Origin: Pseudolabrys sp.
GTDB lineage: Bacteria > Pseudomonadota > Alphaproteobacteria > Rhizobiales > Xanthobacteraceae
Reading direction: 5' to 3'
Length of the DNA stretch: 64,000 bases
Assembly (NCBI GenBank): GCA_035546455.1
Contig: DASZXA010000016.1
Location: forward strand, 31,806-95,805
Position 1 is the stretch's first letter. Every line of letters begins with the position of its first letter. The position numbers were made by a program, and so were the translations under genes. The notes beneath the pieces are model-generated. The model worked only from the letters and a program-made list of their open reading frames with translations, searched no databases and was not told where the DNA came from. This document shows positions 9,448 through 22,323 of this stretch, in pieces.

Positions 9448-9911
9448 TGCGCGCGTTCGTTACCGTAATGCTGCTCATCCTGCTGCATGCAGCGCCGGCG
9501 TTTGCCGTGCAGCCCGATGAAGTACTCAAGGACCCCGCACTGGAAGGACGGGCAAGGGCGTTGTCGCAAGAGCTGCGTTGCATGGTTTGCCAGAACCAGT
9601 CGATCGACGATTCCGAAGCGCCGCTCGCGCACGATTTGCGCGTGCTGGTTCGCGACCGGCTGAAAGCCGGTGACAGCGATGCGCAGGTGCTGGATTTTGT
9701 CGTTGCGCGCTACGGGGAGTTCGTGCTGCTTAAGCCGCGCTTCGCCTGGCACAACGCGTTGCTGTGGGCCGTGCCGCCCGGCGTTCTTCTGATCGGTGCA
9801 ATCGTGTTGCTGTTTTCGGTGCGTCGCCGCCGATTGGCCGACGCGCCTGCGCAACTTGACGAAGACGAGCAGCGCAAACTTGCCGCAATGCTGCACGAGA
9901 CCGATCGGTGA
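9447..9911 (+). CDS. ccmH: cytochrome c biogenesis protein CcmH (CycL)
   Basis: LRCMVCQNQSIDDS motif, YGEFVLLKP. Confidence 0.96.
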   Translation: MRAFVTVMLLILLHAAPAFAVQPDEVLKDPALEGRARALSQELRCMVCQNQSIDDSEAPLAHDLRVLVRDRLKAGDSDAQVLDFVVARYGEFVLLKPRFAWHNALLWAVPPGVLLIGAIVLLFSVRRRRLADAPAQLDEDEQRKLAAMLHETDR

Positions 9912-10069
9912 CGATCTGCTAACTCATTGATTGAGCAGCGTGAAATGCTTTTCCACGTTACCGATTATTAATTTGGCGGTCAGGCGACCGTAAGGCGCGT
10001 CTTCCTAGCTTGTGCGTTGAAACGATGCGTAACCGCATCCCCACAACGTTCGAGCCAAGGAGACTTTCG

Positions 10070-11593
10070 ATGAACCCGCGCGATATGTCCGCGCCCCGGC
10101 CGCGCCGCTTCTCGGTGCGGCGCGCTGCCTTGCTGGGCACCGCGTTGGCCGGTATTGGCGCCGCCGCTTTCGTTCTGGCGCCGGATCTGCCGAGCATCCA
10201 TTACCCAACCGCAGCGGCACAAAATCTTTCCGAGCAGGCCAAAAAGCTGAGTGCGCCGGTTGGCTTCGCCGACATCGTCGAGAAGGTGAAGCCCGCCGTC
10301 ATTCAGGTCCGCGTCGAGGTCAATGGCGGGCAGACGTCCGGCATGGGCAACATCGACAGCGACAGCCTGCCGCCGGGCTTGCGCGAGTTCTTCAAGCGAT
10401 TTGGCAATGGCCAGATGCCGCAGCAGCGCGGGCACGGTCACATTACCGGGCAGGGCTCGGGCTTTTTCATCACCGCCGACGGCTACGCCGTCACCAACAA
10501 TCACGTGGTCGAAAAGGCCGACAGCGTCCAGGTGACGACCGACGACGGCAAGATTTACAAGGCGAAGGTAATCGGCACCGATCCCCGCACCGATCTTGCG
10601 TTGATCAAGGTCGACGGCAAAGACTTCCCCTACGTGAAGCTGTCCGACAGTGTTCCGCGCATCGGCGACTGGGTGCTGGCGGTTGGCAATCCGTTCGGTC
10701 TCGGCGGCACCGTGACGGCGGGCATCGTCTCGGCGCGTGGCCGCGATATCGGCGCCAGCGCGTACGACGACTTCATCCAGATCGATGCGCCGGTGAACAA
10801 AGGCAATTCCGGCGGACCCACGTTCGACACCGAAGGCAATGTGATCGGCGTCAACACGGCGATCTATTCGCCGTCGGGCGGGTCGGTCGGCATTGCCTTC
10901 GCGATTCCGGCAGATACCGTGAAGTCGGTGGTCACCCAGTTGCGCGACCACGGCTCGGTCACCCGCGGCTGGATCGGCGTTCAGATTCAACCTGTGACGT
11001 CGGAGATTGCCGACAGTCTCGGCCTCAAGGCTGCCAAGGGTGCGCTGGTTTCCCAGCCGCAGGATAACAGCCCGGCGTCGAAGGCCGGTATCGCGGCCGG
11101 TGACGTCATCACGTCAGTCAACGGCGAAGAGGTCAAGGACGCCCGCGATCTCGCCAAGAAAATCGGCTCGATGCCGCCGGACAGCAAAGTGAAGCTGTCG
11201 GTACTGCATGACGGCAAAGAGAAGATGGTCTCGCTGACGCTCGGCAAGATGCCGGCGATGCAGCAAGAGGCGAGAAACACCAGCAACGAGGACGACTCCG
11301 GATCGGCCGAGATCGGCAAGCTAGGGCTGACGCTCGCGCCGGCGGACCGCGTCGGCGGCGCCAGCAACAATGGCGTGGTCGTGACCGGCGTCGATCCGTC
11401 CGGCACCGCGGCCGAGCATGGGTTCTCGACCGGTGACGTCATTCTGGAAGTGTCGGGCAAGCAGGTTTCGACCCCGGCCGATGTGCGCAAGGAGTTGGCG
11501 AGCGCACGTAACGACAAAAAGCGCGCAGTGCTGATGCGGGTGAAGTCCGGCGACAACACCAAGTTTGTCGCTCTCCCGATCAGCCGCGGCTAA
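10070..11593 (+). CDS. degP: Do/DegP family serine protease with two PDZ domains
   Basis: TNNHVV, DLAL, NKGNSGGP catalytic triad, two PDZ domains; AAGGAG RBS at 10057-10062 supports ATG 10070. Confidence 0.95.
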   Translation: MNPRDMSAPRPRRFSVRRAALLGTALAGIGAAAFVLAPDLPSIHYPTAAAQNLSEQAKKLSAPVGFADIVEKVKPAVIQVRVEVNGGQTSGMGNIDSDSLPPGLREFFKRFGNGQMPQQRGHGHITGQGSGFFITADGYAVTNNHVVEKADSVQVTTDDGKIYKAKVIGTDPRTDLALIKVDGKDFPYVKLSDSVPRIGDWVLAVGNPFGLGGTVTAGIVSARGRDIGASAYDDFIQIDAPVNKGNSGGPTFDTEGNVIGVNTAIYSPSGGSVGIAFAIPADTVKSVVTQLRDHGSVTRGWIGVQIQPVTSEIADSLGLKAAKGALVSQPQDNSPASKAGIAAGDVITSVNGEEVKDARDLAKKIGSMPPDSKVKLSVLHDGKEKMVSLTLGKMPAMQQEARNTSNEDDSGSAEIGKLGLTLAPADRVGGASNNGVVVTGVDPSGTAAEHGFSTGDVILEVSGKQVSTPADVRKELASARNDKKRAVLMRVKSGDNTKFVALPISRG

Positions 11594-11608
11594 CGAATGG
11601 GCGCGTGT

Positions 11609-11802
11609 TGCTGGCAATCGTCGCCCCCGCCAGTGGCATGAACCCAGCGGGGCGGGTGCGGGAAGTTCGCTTCCTTGCCCCGTCCCGACAGTTTCCCGAA
11701 GCGGCCATTGGCCGTTTCGGACCGAGCTCCAGCCCGGCATCCGTCGCCCCCGCCGGGATGGGGTCGCTGAGGGGGTGGCGGGCCAAATCCGCCACCCCCT
11801 CA
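11609..11802 (+). ncRNA. candidate structured RNA with five hairpins, two carrying near-identical C-rich loops
   Basis: Hairpins at 11611-11633, 11648-11688 (UUCG loop), 11696-11720, 11733-11757 and 11768-11802 (perfect 14-bp stem). G-U pairs and the UUCG loop favour the + strand. Confidence 0.6.
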
Positions 11803-11930
11803 CGTATGTTTAAGGGGTGGATAGGCCAAACTGCGGACTAAAATTGGTGTGATCGATGCCCATCTATGCAGATACAAACGGGCAACGCGCCGCTAGCCGA
11901 GCGGCTGAGCCGCAACCGGACCGCAGCACC

Positions 11931-12611
11931 ATGCGCCTGCTCATTATCGAGGATGACCGCGACGCCGCGGACTATCTGGTGAAGGCGTTTCGCGAGGTCG
12001 GTCACGTTGCCGATCAGGCCAACAACGGCGAGGAAGGTCTCGCGCTCGCGCTCGACGGCCAGTACGACGTGCTCGTGGTCGATCGCATGCTGCCGAAGCG
12101 CGACGGGCTGTCGGTCATCGGCGAGCTGCGGGACAAAGGCAATCATACACCGGCGCTTATTCTGTCCGCGCTGGGGCAGGTCGACGATCGTGTCAAAGGT
12201 TTGCGCGCCGGCGGCGATGACTATCTGGCTAAACCGTATTCGTTCAGCGAGCTGCTCGCTCGCATCGAAGTGCTGGCGCGGCGGGGCGGTGGCCGCAGCG
12301 AAGAGACGGTCTACCGGGTCGGCGACTTGAGCCTCGACCGGCTTTCGCATCTTGTCACGCGCAGCGGCCAGGAAATCACGCTGCAGCCGCGCGAGTTCCG
12401 GCTGCTCGAATATCTCATGCAGCATGCCGGCCAGGTGGTGACCCGCACGATGCTGCTCGAGAACGTGTGGGACTATCATTTTGACCCGCAAACCAACGTG
12501 ATCGACGTCCATATCTCGCGTTTGCGCTCGAAAATCGATAAAGGTTTCTCCCAGCCGCTTCTGCATACGGTCCGCGGCGCGGGGTACATGATACGTGACG
12601 GCGCTCGGTAA
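11931..12611 (+). CDS. OmpR-family response regulator (CpxR/CusR-like)
   Basis: MRLLIIEDD, VVDRMLP, GGDDYLAKPY, YHFDPQTNVIDVHISRLR. Confidence 0.93.
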   Translation: MRLLIIEDDRDAADYLVKAFREVGHVADQANNGEEGLALALDGQYDVLVVDRMLPKRDGLSVIGELRDKGNHTPALILSALGQVDDRVKGLRAGGDDYLAKPYSFSELLARIEVLARRGGGRSEETVYRVGDLSLDRLSHLVTRSGQEITLQPREFRLLEYLMQHAGQVVTRTMLLENVWDYHFDPQTNVIDVHISRLRSKIDKGFSQPLLHTVRGAGYMIRDGAR

Positions 12612-14010
12612 GCTGTTTCGGACGACGACGTTCAAGCTGACGATCGTCTATCTCGTCGTTTTTGCTCTCTTCGCCGCTTTTCTCCTCGGTTATTTCGCCC
12701 TCAATACGCGCCGGCTGATCACCGAGCAGATCACCGACACCGTTACCGCGGAACTCACCGGACTCTCCGAGCAATACCGAAACGGCGGCGTGCGCCGTCT
12801 GGTCGAGGTGGTCGACGCGCGGGCGCGGCGGCCCGGCTCGAGCCTTTATCTGGTGACGACGTTTAACGGTGACGCGCTGGCCGGTAACGTCTCGCCGCTC
12901 GATCCGAAGGTGCTCGACAGCCCCGGCTGGAGCGAAATTCCATATCGCCGGCTGGAAGAAGCGGATCACAGCGAGCATTACGCGCTGGTGCGCGTCTTCC
13001 AGCTTTCCGGCGGCTTCCGGTTGCTGGTCGGCCGCGACCTCGAGGAGCGCCAGCGGCTCTATGACATCATCGTCGACGCCGGCCGCTGGTCGATCGCTAT
13101 CGTGGTGCTGCTCGGTCTGGCCGGCGGTTTGTTCGTCACGCGCCGCGTTCTGCGCCGCGTCGACGCCATGACCGAGACAACGCGCACAATCATGGCGGGC
13201 GACTTGAGCGGCCGGTTGCCGGTCGCCGGGACGAATGACGAGATCGACCGGCTGGCGATCAACCTCAACGAGATGCTGGAGCGGATCGAGGCGCTGATGG
13301 CCGGCCTCAAGGAGGTCTCCGACAATATCGCGCATGACCTGAAAACGCCGCTGACGCGGCTCCACAATCGCGCCGAGCAGGCTTTGCGCGCGGCCAAAGG
13401 GGAGGGTGAATACCGGGCTGCGCTGGAACAGACGATCGACGAATCCGAAGGGCTGATCCGCACCTTCGAGGCGCTGTTGATGATCGCGCGCGCGGAGTCG
13501 GGTCATGCGCGGGAAGGCATGGCCGAGTTCGACGCCGCCGAGATCGCCCGCGACATCGGCGAGCTCTACGAGCCGGTGGCCGAAGAGAAAGGCATCGGCC
13601 TGCGGATCGAGGCGCAGGCGGCCGCGCCGGTGAACGGCAACCGTGAGCTGGTCAGCCAGGCGCTGGCCAATCTGATCGACAACGCGATCAAATATGCAGG
13701 GCCGGAAAAAGCGGGGGCAGACGGCGAAACGGCGGAAGTCGTCGTGCGGGCGCTGAATGATGGCGACCGCATCCTGCTGACCGTCGCGGACAATGGCCCC
13801 GGGATATCCGAGCAGGATCGCGCGCGGGTGACCGAGCGCTTCGTGCGCTTGGAGCAAAGCCGCTCGCAGCCCGGCTCCGGGCTTGGGCTGAGCCTCGCGG
13901 CGGCGGTGGCGCGGCTGCATGGCGGCGAGCTTAAATTTGAAGACAATGCACCGGGCCTCAAAAGCATCATTGCGCTACCGCGTGGCGGCCCGATACAGAG
14001 TGCGGGATGA
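12595..14010 (+). CDS. HAMP sensor histidine kinase
   Basis: Two TMs, HAMP, IAHDLKTPL, NLIDNAIKY, DNGPG, GSGLGL; GTG start overlaps the RR stop. Confidence 0.92.
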   Translation: MTALGKLFRTTTFKLTIVYLVVFALFAAFLLGYFALNTRRLITEQITDTVTAELTGLSEQYRNGGVRRLVEVVDARARRPGSSLYLVTTFNGDALAGNVSPLDPKVLDSPGWSEIPYRRLEEADHSEHYALVRVFQLSGGFRLLVGRDLEERQRLYDIIVDAGRWSIAIVVLLGLAGGLFVTRRVLRRVDAMTETTRTIMAGDLSGRLPVAGTNDEIDRLAINLNEMLERIEALMAGLKEVSDNIAHDLKTPLTRLHNRAEQALRAAKGEGEYRAALEQTIDESEGLIRTFEALLMIARAESGHAREGMAEFDAAEIARDIGELYEPVAEEKGIGLRIEAQAAAPVNGNRELVSQALANLIDNAIKYAGPEKAGADGETAEVVVRALNDGDRILLTVADNGPGISEQDRARVTERFVRLEQSRSQPGSGLGLSLAAAVARLHGGELKFEDNAPGLKSIIALPRGGPIQSAG

Positions 14011-17000
14011 AGCCCGCCAAGACGTCCGCCAAAAAGCCGAAAAAGAAAGCAACCAAACGAGGCGTCAGCCGCGCCGCGAAGCGCACGCCGAAGGCCAAAA
14101 AAGCGGCCAGCAAGGCGGCCGCCGATACGTTGGCCGACCGCATCTCCACAGCGCCTGAGTTGAGCGACGCGGCATCGGCGCGGGCGCGGCTCGATGGCTG
14201 GCGTCGCGAGATCGCAGGCGATGCGACAGGCAAGGCGCTCGGCAAGCTGCTCGACCGGCATCCGCTTGTCGCGCGATTACTCGCCAGCTTTGCCGAGAGT
14301 TCGCCGTTTCTGTGGGAGCTGGCGACCACCGAGCCGCAGCGGTTGCTTCAATTGCTGCAGGCCGAGCCAGACCGGCATTTTTCTCAAATACTGACCAGCG
14401 CCGCCGCCGCCGTTCTGCGCGCCAAGGAAGACGCAGCCGCGATGCGTGCACTGCGGCGAATGAAGGCCGACGGCTCCCTGCTGATCGCGCTCTGCGACAT
14501 CGGCGGCGTCTGGCCGATCATGCGCGCTGCGCTTGCTTTGACCGAACTGGCGGACGGCGCGGTGTCGTCCGCCGTGCAGTTCCTGTTGGCCGATGCGGCA
14601 CGCGCTGGCCGCATTGCGCCGCCGAACCCGAAGCGCCCGGACGAGGGCAGCGGTTACATCGTGCTGGCGATGGGCAAAATGGGGGCGTTCGAGCTCAATT
14701 ATTCCAGCGATATCGATCTGATCGTCTTTTATGACCCCGACGCACCGGCGCTGAAAGCCGACATCGAGACGGGCACTTTTTTTGTCCGGCTGACGCAGCG
14801 GCTGGTCAAGTTTCTCCAGGAGCGCACCGGCGACGGTTATGTGTTCCGCACCGATCTGCGCCTGCGGCCCGATCCTGCATCGACGCCGATTGCAATCTCG
14901 ACGCCGGCGGCGGCGTCCTATTACGAAAGCAGCGGGCAGAATTGGGAGCGCGCGGCGATGATCAAGGCGCGGCCCTGTGCCGGTGACATTGCGGCAGGCG
15001 CGCGCATTCTCGATGAGATATCGCCGTTCGTCTGGCGGAAGTATCTCGACTTCGCCGCGATTGCCGACGTGCAGGCGATGAAACAGCAGGTTCACGCCTA
15101 TCGCGGTCATGCCGAGATCGCGGTGGAGGGCCACAACATCAAGCTCGGCCGTGGCGGCATCCGTGAGGTCGAGTTTTTTGCGCAGACGCAGCAACTGATC
15201 GCCGGCGGCCGCATTCCGGGGCTGCGTAATCGCGAAACATTGACCACGCTCGACAAGCTTTCCGGCGGTGGCTGGATCGAGCCGCAAACACGGGATGACA
15301 TGCGCGACGCGTATCTCTTTTTGCGGTCGGTCGAGCACCGGCTGCAGATGATGAACGACGAGCAGACGCAAACGCTGCCGGATAATCGCGCCGATCTTGA
15401 GAAATTTGCGCGGTTCTTTGGGTTCAAGGACCGTGACAGCTTCGCAAAGGTGCTGCTCGGCCACCTGCAGAAGGTGCAGCGGCATTACGCCAATCTGTTT
15501 GAGGCGATGCCTGGCCCGGATCGCCCGGCGCTCGAATTTCCCGCCGAGGGGGACGACCGCAAGACCCTCGATCGCCTTGTCGAAATGGGATTCCGCACGC
15601 CGCTTGAAACGTCGGCGCGGGTGCGGCGCTGGCTGCAAGGCGAATATCGTTCGCTCAAGAGTGAAGCGGCACGCACGCAGTTGCGCGAGCTGCTGCCGGT
15701 CCTGCTCGAGCAATTCGCGCGGATGGACAACCCCGACGCGGCGCTCGTCCCATTTGACGGTTTCCTCAGCAATCTCAGCAATGGGCCGCGGCTATTGTCG
15801 CTGCTGCGGCAAAATCCGTCGCTGATTTCGCTGATCGCGATGCTGATCGGGACAGCCCCGCGGCTCGCCGACATATTGGCCGGTACGCCGCAGGTGATGG
15901 ACGCGCTGGTCGAGCCGCATTTCTTCGGCATCTTGCCGGACGAGGCGACGTTGTCGCAGCGCCTGCGGCTCGCGCTCGCGGAAGCCCGCTACGACGAGGA
16001 CTTGCTCGAACGGATCCGCATGTTCGGCCTCGAGCATATGTTCCTGATCGGCGTGCGGATCATCACCGGAACGGTGACCGCCGCGCAGGCGGGTGGAGCC
16101 TTTGCGCTCCTCGCGGATATCGTGATTCGGGCGGTGCATCGCGCAGTGGCCGAGAACTTCGCGCAGGCCCATGGTCATTTGCGCAATGAGGCAAGTGCGG
16201 TGCTGGCGCTCGGCAAGCTCGGCGGCAACGAAATGACCGCGACGTCCGACCTCGATCTCATCATCGTCTATGACTTCGACGAAGAGAGCCCGGAGTCGGA
16301 CGGGGCGCGCTCGCTTTATGGCGCGCAATATTTTGCGCGGCTGACGCAGCGGCTGATCAACGCGCTGACGGCGCAGACCAATTTTGGCGCGCTCTATCAG
16401 GTCGACATGCGGCTGCGGCCATCCGGCCGCTCCGGGCCGGTCGCGACGCAAATCGGCGGCTTTGCCGATTATCAGGAGCGCGAGGCGTGGACCTGGGAGC
16501 ACATGGCGCTGACGCGCGCGCGCGTCATTTCGGCACCACCGGACTTTGCGCCGCGCGTTCAGGACGTGATCGCCAAGACCTTGCGCAAGCCGCGCGACGC
16601 AGAGCTGATTGCCGGCGATGTGGTCGAGATGCGCGGCGCGATCGCGATGGAGAAGGGTGACGGCAATCGCTGGGATCTCAAATATGCCGCCGGCGGCCTG
16701 ATCGATATCGAGTTCATCGTGCAATATCTGCAACTGGTGCACGCCCATGCCAAGCCGGCGATCCTCGATACGTCGACCGCGCGCGTGCTCGACAAGGCGG
16801 GCTCGCTCGGCGTGCTTTCCGTTGAGGATGCGGAAATCCTGCGGCCGGCCGTCCGGCTTTACCAAGCGCTTACGCAAATCCTGCGGCTCTGCCTGTCGGG
16901 ACCGTTCGATCCGAAGAAGGCGACGCCTGATTTGCTGCGGCTGCTGGCGCGCGCGGCGGACGTACCGGATTTTGCCTCGGTCGAAGCGACGCTGGCCGAA

Positions 17001-17074
17001 ACGCAAGCGAAGGTGAGGGAGGCGTTCGTCCGTATTTTGGGCGCGGCACCCGAAGCGAGGCGGATCGGCGAAGG

Positions 17075-17078
<4 letters not shown>
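14007..17078 (+). CDS. glnE: bifunctional glutamine synthetase adenylyltransferase/adenylyl-removing enzyme
   Basis: Two nucleotidyltransferase motifs (MGKMGAFELNYSSDIDL; LGKLGGNEMTATSDLDL), DLRLRP, NIKLGRGGIREVEF. Confidence 0.96.
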
Positions 17079-19363
<2,285 letters not shown>

Positions 19364-19477
19364 AGGCTGCCTCCGTTCGGATTTCCCAACCACCCCAGAC
19401 CGGAAGGATGTGCCGCATCGCTTTCCGAATCACTTGACCCATAAGAATCGATGCTCGACTCGTTGTCGAGAGTCGGC

Positions 19478-19493
19478 GTCAATAAATTTTTAA
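19478..19493 (-). promoter_or_regulatory. CtrA-like box TTAA-N7-TTGAC upstream of pleC
   Basis: Minus strand reads ttaa aaattta ttgac. Confidence 0.5.
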
Positions 19494-19565
19494 TTGTTGC
19501 GAACAGGAATCGATTTGGCCGCATGCGCCGCGATTTATCGAGTCATTTCGCAGCTTCGCCGCACC

Positions 19566-22211
19566 TCATTCGTCGCCCAAGGTACGGCCGACGATCTCCG
19601 ACACGTCGCGTGAGAGGCCGGGCTGGCCTTTGATCCTCGTCAGCGCTGCCTGCGCCTTGCCGCGGCGTGCGCTTTCGATGCTTCGCCAGGTCCGGAATGC
19701 AGTCGCGAGCCGCGCCGCCACCTGCGGATTTTTCGGATCGAGCGCGATGATGGTGTCGGCCACGAAGCCGTAGCCTTCGCCATCGGCGCGATTGAATTGC
19801 GATGGATTGCCTTGCGCGAACGAGCCGATCAAGGAGCGGATCCGGTTCGGATTGCCGAAGTCGAACGCCTTGTGCTTGGTGAGTTCGCGCACACGATCAA
19901 GTGTGTCGGTCTCCGGGATCATTGCCTGGAGGGCGAGCCATTTATCGACCACCAGCGCATTATCGGCATATCGCCGATAGAAATCGGCGAAGGCGCGCTC
20001 GCGACGCTCATTGTCATGCAGCGCAAGGGTGGCGAGGGCGGATATGCGGTCGGTCATGTTGTCGGCGGTCTGGTATTGCCGCTCGGCGAGGTCGAGCGCG
20101 CCGTCACTGCCGTTCGCCGCCAGAAGGTCGAGGCAGATATTGCGCAGCGAACGCTTGCCGGCGCTCGCGGCGTCTGGCGAATAAGCGCCAGGGACGGTCA
20201 TTCGGTGGTAGGTTTTTTCCAGCCGGTCCTTGACGGCTTCACCGATTGCAACACGCAAATGCTTGCGGGCGAGCGTGATCGCCTCGGGGTCGAGGTCTTC
20301 CCCGATTTCACGGGCGATATCGGTCTCGCCGGGCGGGACGAGGGCGAGCGCGATGAAGGCGGGCTCCAGCCGGGCATCGTCGACAAGTGCCGCCAGCGCA
20401 GCCGTCAGCCGGTCATCGGAACGAGCGGGTTTGCCGGCCCGCAGCATCGCAACATTTTCAGTCAGCAATGTCATGGCGATCACCTGGATCGCCTGCCAGC
20501 GGTTGAACGGATCGCTGTCGTGGGCGGCAAGGAAGGCCAGATCGTCGGGCGTCAGGTCGGTCGTCAGCTTGATCGGCGCCGAGAAGCCACGATTGATCGA
20601 GGGGCGAGGACGCTCCGCGAGCTCTTTGAAAACAAACGTCTCGGCGGGTTGCGACAACAGCAGGATGCCATCGTCCGGCGTGGACCCATCAATCAAACGC
20701 AACGGTCGGTCGCGGCCATCGTTGCCGACGAGGCCGAGCCGAAGCGGAATGACCATCGGCTGCTTGTGCGGCTGGCCCGGAGTCGGGTTCAGCGTCTGCG
20801 CGCAGTCCAGGGCAAGGGTCTTTGCTGCCTCATCGTACCGCGTTTTGACGGTGACTTGCGGCGTGCCCGCTTGCGAATACCAGCGCATGAACTGCGTCAT
20901 GTCGCGGCCGCTTGCGTCGGCGAAGCACTGGATGAATTGCTCCACGGTCGCCGCTTCGCCGTCGTGACGCTTCAAATAAAGGTCCATGCCGGCACGGAAC
21001 GCTTGCGCGCCCAGCATGGTCTTGATCATGCGGACAACCTCGGCGCCCTTTTCGTAAATCGTGGTCGTGTAGAAGTTGTTGATCTCCTTGTAGCTCTCCG
21101 GCCGAACCGGATGCGCCAAAGGTCCGGCATCCTCGACAAACTGGGTGTTGCGCAGGTTTCGCACGTCCCCGATGCGCTCGACCGCGCGTGAGCGCTGGTC
21201 GGCGGAGAACTCCTGGTCGCGAAACACGGTCAGGCCTTCCTTCAGGCAGAGCTGGAACCAGTCACGGCAAGTGATCCGGTCACCGGTCCAGTTGTGGAAG
21301 TACTCGTGCGCGATGACCGACTCGATGCCGGCAAAATCGGCGTCGGTTGCGGTTTCTGGGCTCGCCAGCACGTATTTGTCGTTGAAGATGTTGAGGCCCT
21401 TGTTCTCCATCGCGCCCATGTTGAAGTCGGACACGGCGACGATCATGAAGATATCGAGGTCGTATTCGCAGCCGAACGCCTCCTCGTCCCAGCGCATCGA
21501 ACGCTTGAGGGCATCCATCGCGTAGCCGCAGCGATCCTCCTTGCCGGGCTCGACATAGATGCGCAGCGTGACATTGCGCCCGCTCCTTGTCGTGAAGCGA
21601 TCCTCGATGTGGCCGAGCTTGCCGCCGACCAGCGCGAACAAATAAGAGGGCTTCGGGAAGGGATCCTTCCACACCGCAAAGTGCCGTCCACCGGGCAGTT
21701 CGCCGCTGTCGGTGAGATTGCCGTTGGCCAGCAGAACCGGAGCCTCCGCTTTGCCGGCTTCGATCCGGGTCGTGTAGACGGCCATCACATCGGGGCGATC
21801 CGGGAAGTATGTGATGCGGCGGAAGCCTTCGGCTTCGCACTGCGTGCAGTACGTGCCGCTCGATCGGTAGAGGCCCGACAGTTGGGTGTTCCCGGTCGGG
21901 TCGACTTCGGTTTCGATCTCGAGACGGAATGGCCGTTGCGGCGGCTGCGGAATGGTGAGCCGGTCGGGTGTGGCCAGATAACTTTCAGCTGGAGCGGCCG
22001 CGCCGTCTATCTTGATGGATTTGAGGGTCAGGCCGTCACCATCGAGAACCAATGGTGCCGCGGTGGTCGCTGGATTGGGCTTCAGCAGGAGTGTTGCGCG
22101 CACCTTGGTTGCGCTCGGATGCAGCGAAAATTCGAGATCGACCGTCTCAACGAGCCAATCGGGTGGCGTGTAATCCTTGAGGCGAATGGTCTGGCCGGTT
22201 TCTGTGCGCAT
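19566..22211 (-). CDS. pepN: aminopeptidase N
   Basis: GAMENKGLN, HEYFHNWTGDRITCRDWFQLCLKEG, TQCEAEGFRRIT. Confidence 0.97.
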   Translation of the reverse strand: MRTETGQTIRLKDYTPPDWLVETVDLEFSLHPSATKVRATLLLKPNPATTAAPLVLDGDGLTLKSIKIDGAAAPAESYLATPDRLTIPQPPQRPFRLEIETEVDPTGNTQLSGLYRSSGTYCTQCEAEGFRRITYFPDRPDVMAVYTTRIEAGKAEAPVLLANGNLTDSGELPGGRHFAVWKDPFPKPSYLFALVGGKLGHIEDRFTTRSGRNVTLRIYVEPGKEDRCGYAMDALKRSMRWDEEAFGCEYDLDIFMIVAVSDFNMGAMENKGLNIFNDKYVLASPETATDADFAGIESVIAHEYFHNWTGDRITCRDWFQLCLKEGLTVFRDQEFSADQRSRAVERIGDVRNLRNTQFVEDAGPLAHPVRPESYKEINNFYTTTIYEKGAEVVRMIKTMLGAQAFRAGMDLYLKRHDGEAATVEQFIQCFADASGRDMTQFMRWYSQAGTPQVTVKTRYDEAAKTLALDCAQTLNPTPGQPHKQPMVIPLRLGLVGNDGRDRPLRLIDGSTPDDGILLLSQPAETFVFKELAERPRPSINRGFSAPIKLTTDLTPDDLAFLAAHDSDPFNRWQAIQVIAMTLLTENVAMLRAGKPARSDDRLTAALAALVDDARLEPAFIALALVPPGETDIAREIGEDLDPEAITLARKHLRVAIGEAVKDRLEKTYHRMTVPGAYSPDAASAGKRSLRNICLDLLAANGSDGALDLAERQYQTADNMTDRISALATLALHDNERRERAFADFYRRYADNALVVDKWLALQAMIPETDTLDRVRELTKHKAFDFGNPNRIRSLIGSFAQGNPSQFNRADGEGYGFVADTIIALDPKNPQVAARLATAFRTWRSIESARRGKAQAALTRIKGQPGLSRDVSEIVGRTLGDE

Positions 22212-22265
22212 TCCGGTGGTTTAAGGGCTCACCGAAGCAATTGAAAGAGACGAAGACGTGGTTCC

Positions 22266-22300
22266 AAAAATGAAGCGGCCGCCCATAGGACGGCCGCTTT
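22266..22300 (-). terminator. intrinsic terminator after pheC
   Basis: Minus strand aagcggccgtcc-tat-gggcggccgctt followed by cattttt. Confidence 0.65.
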
Positions 22301-22323
22301 GATCGATCGTAGTGGGGTGACGA

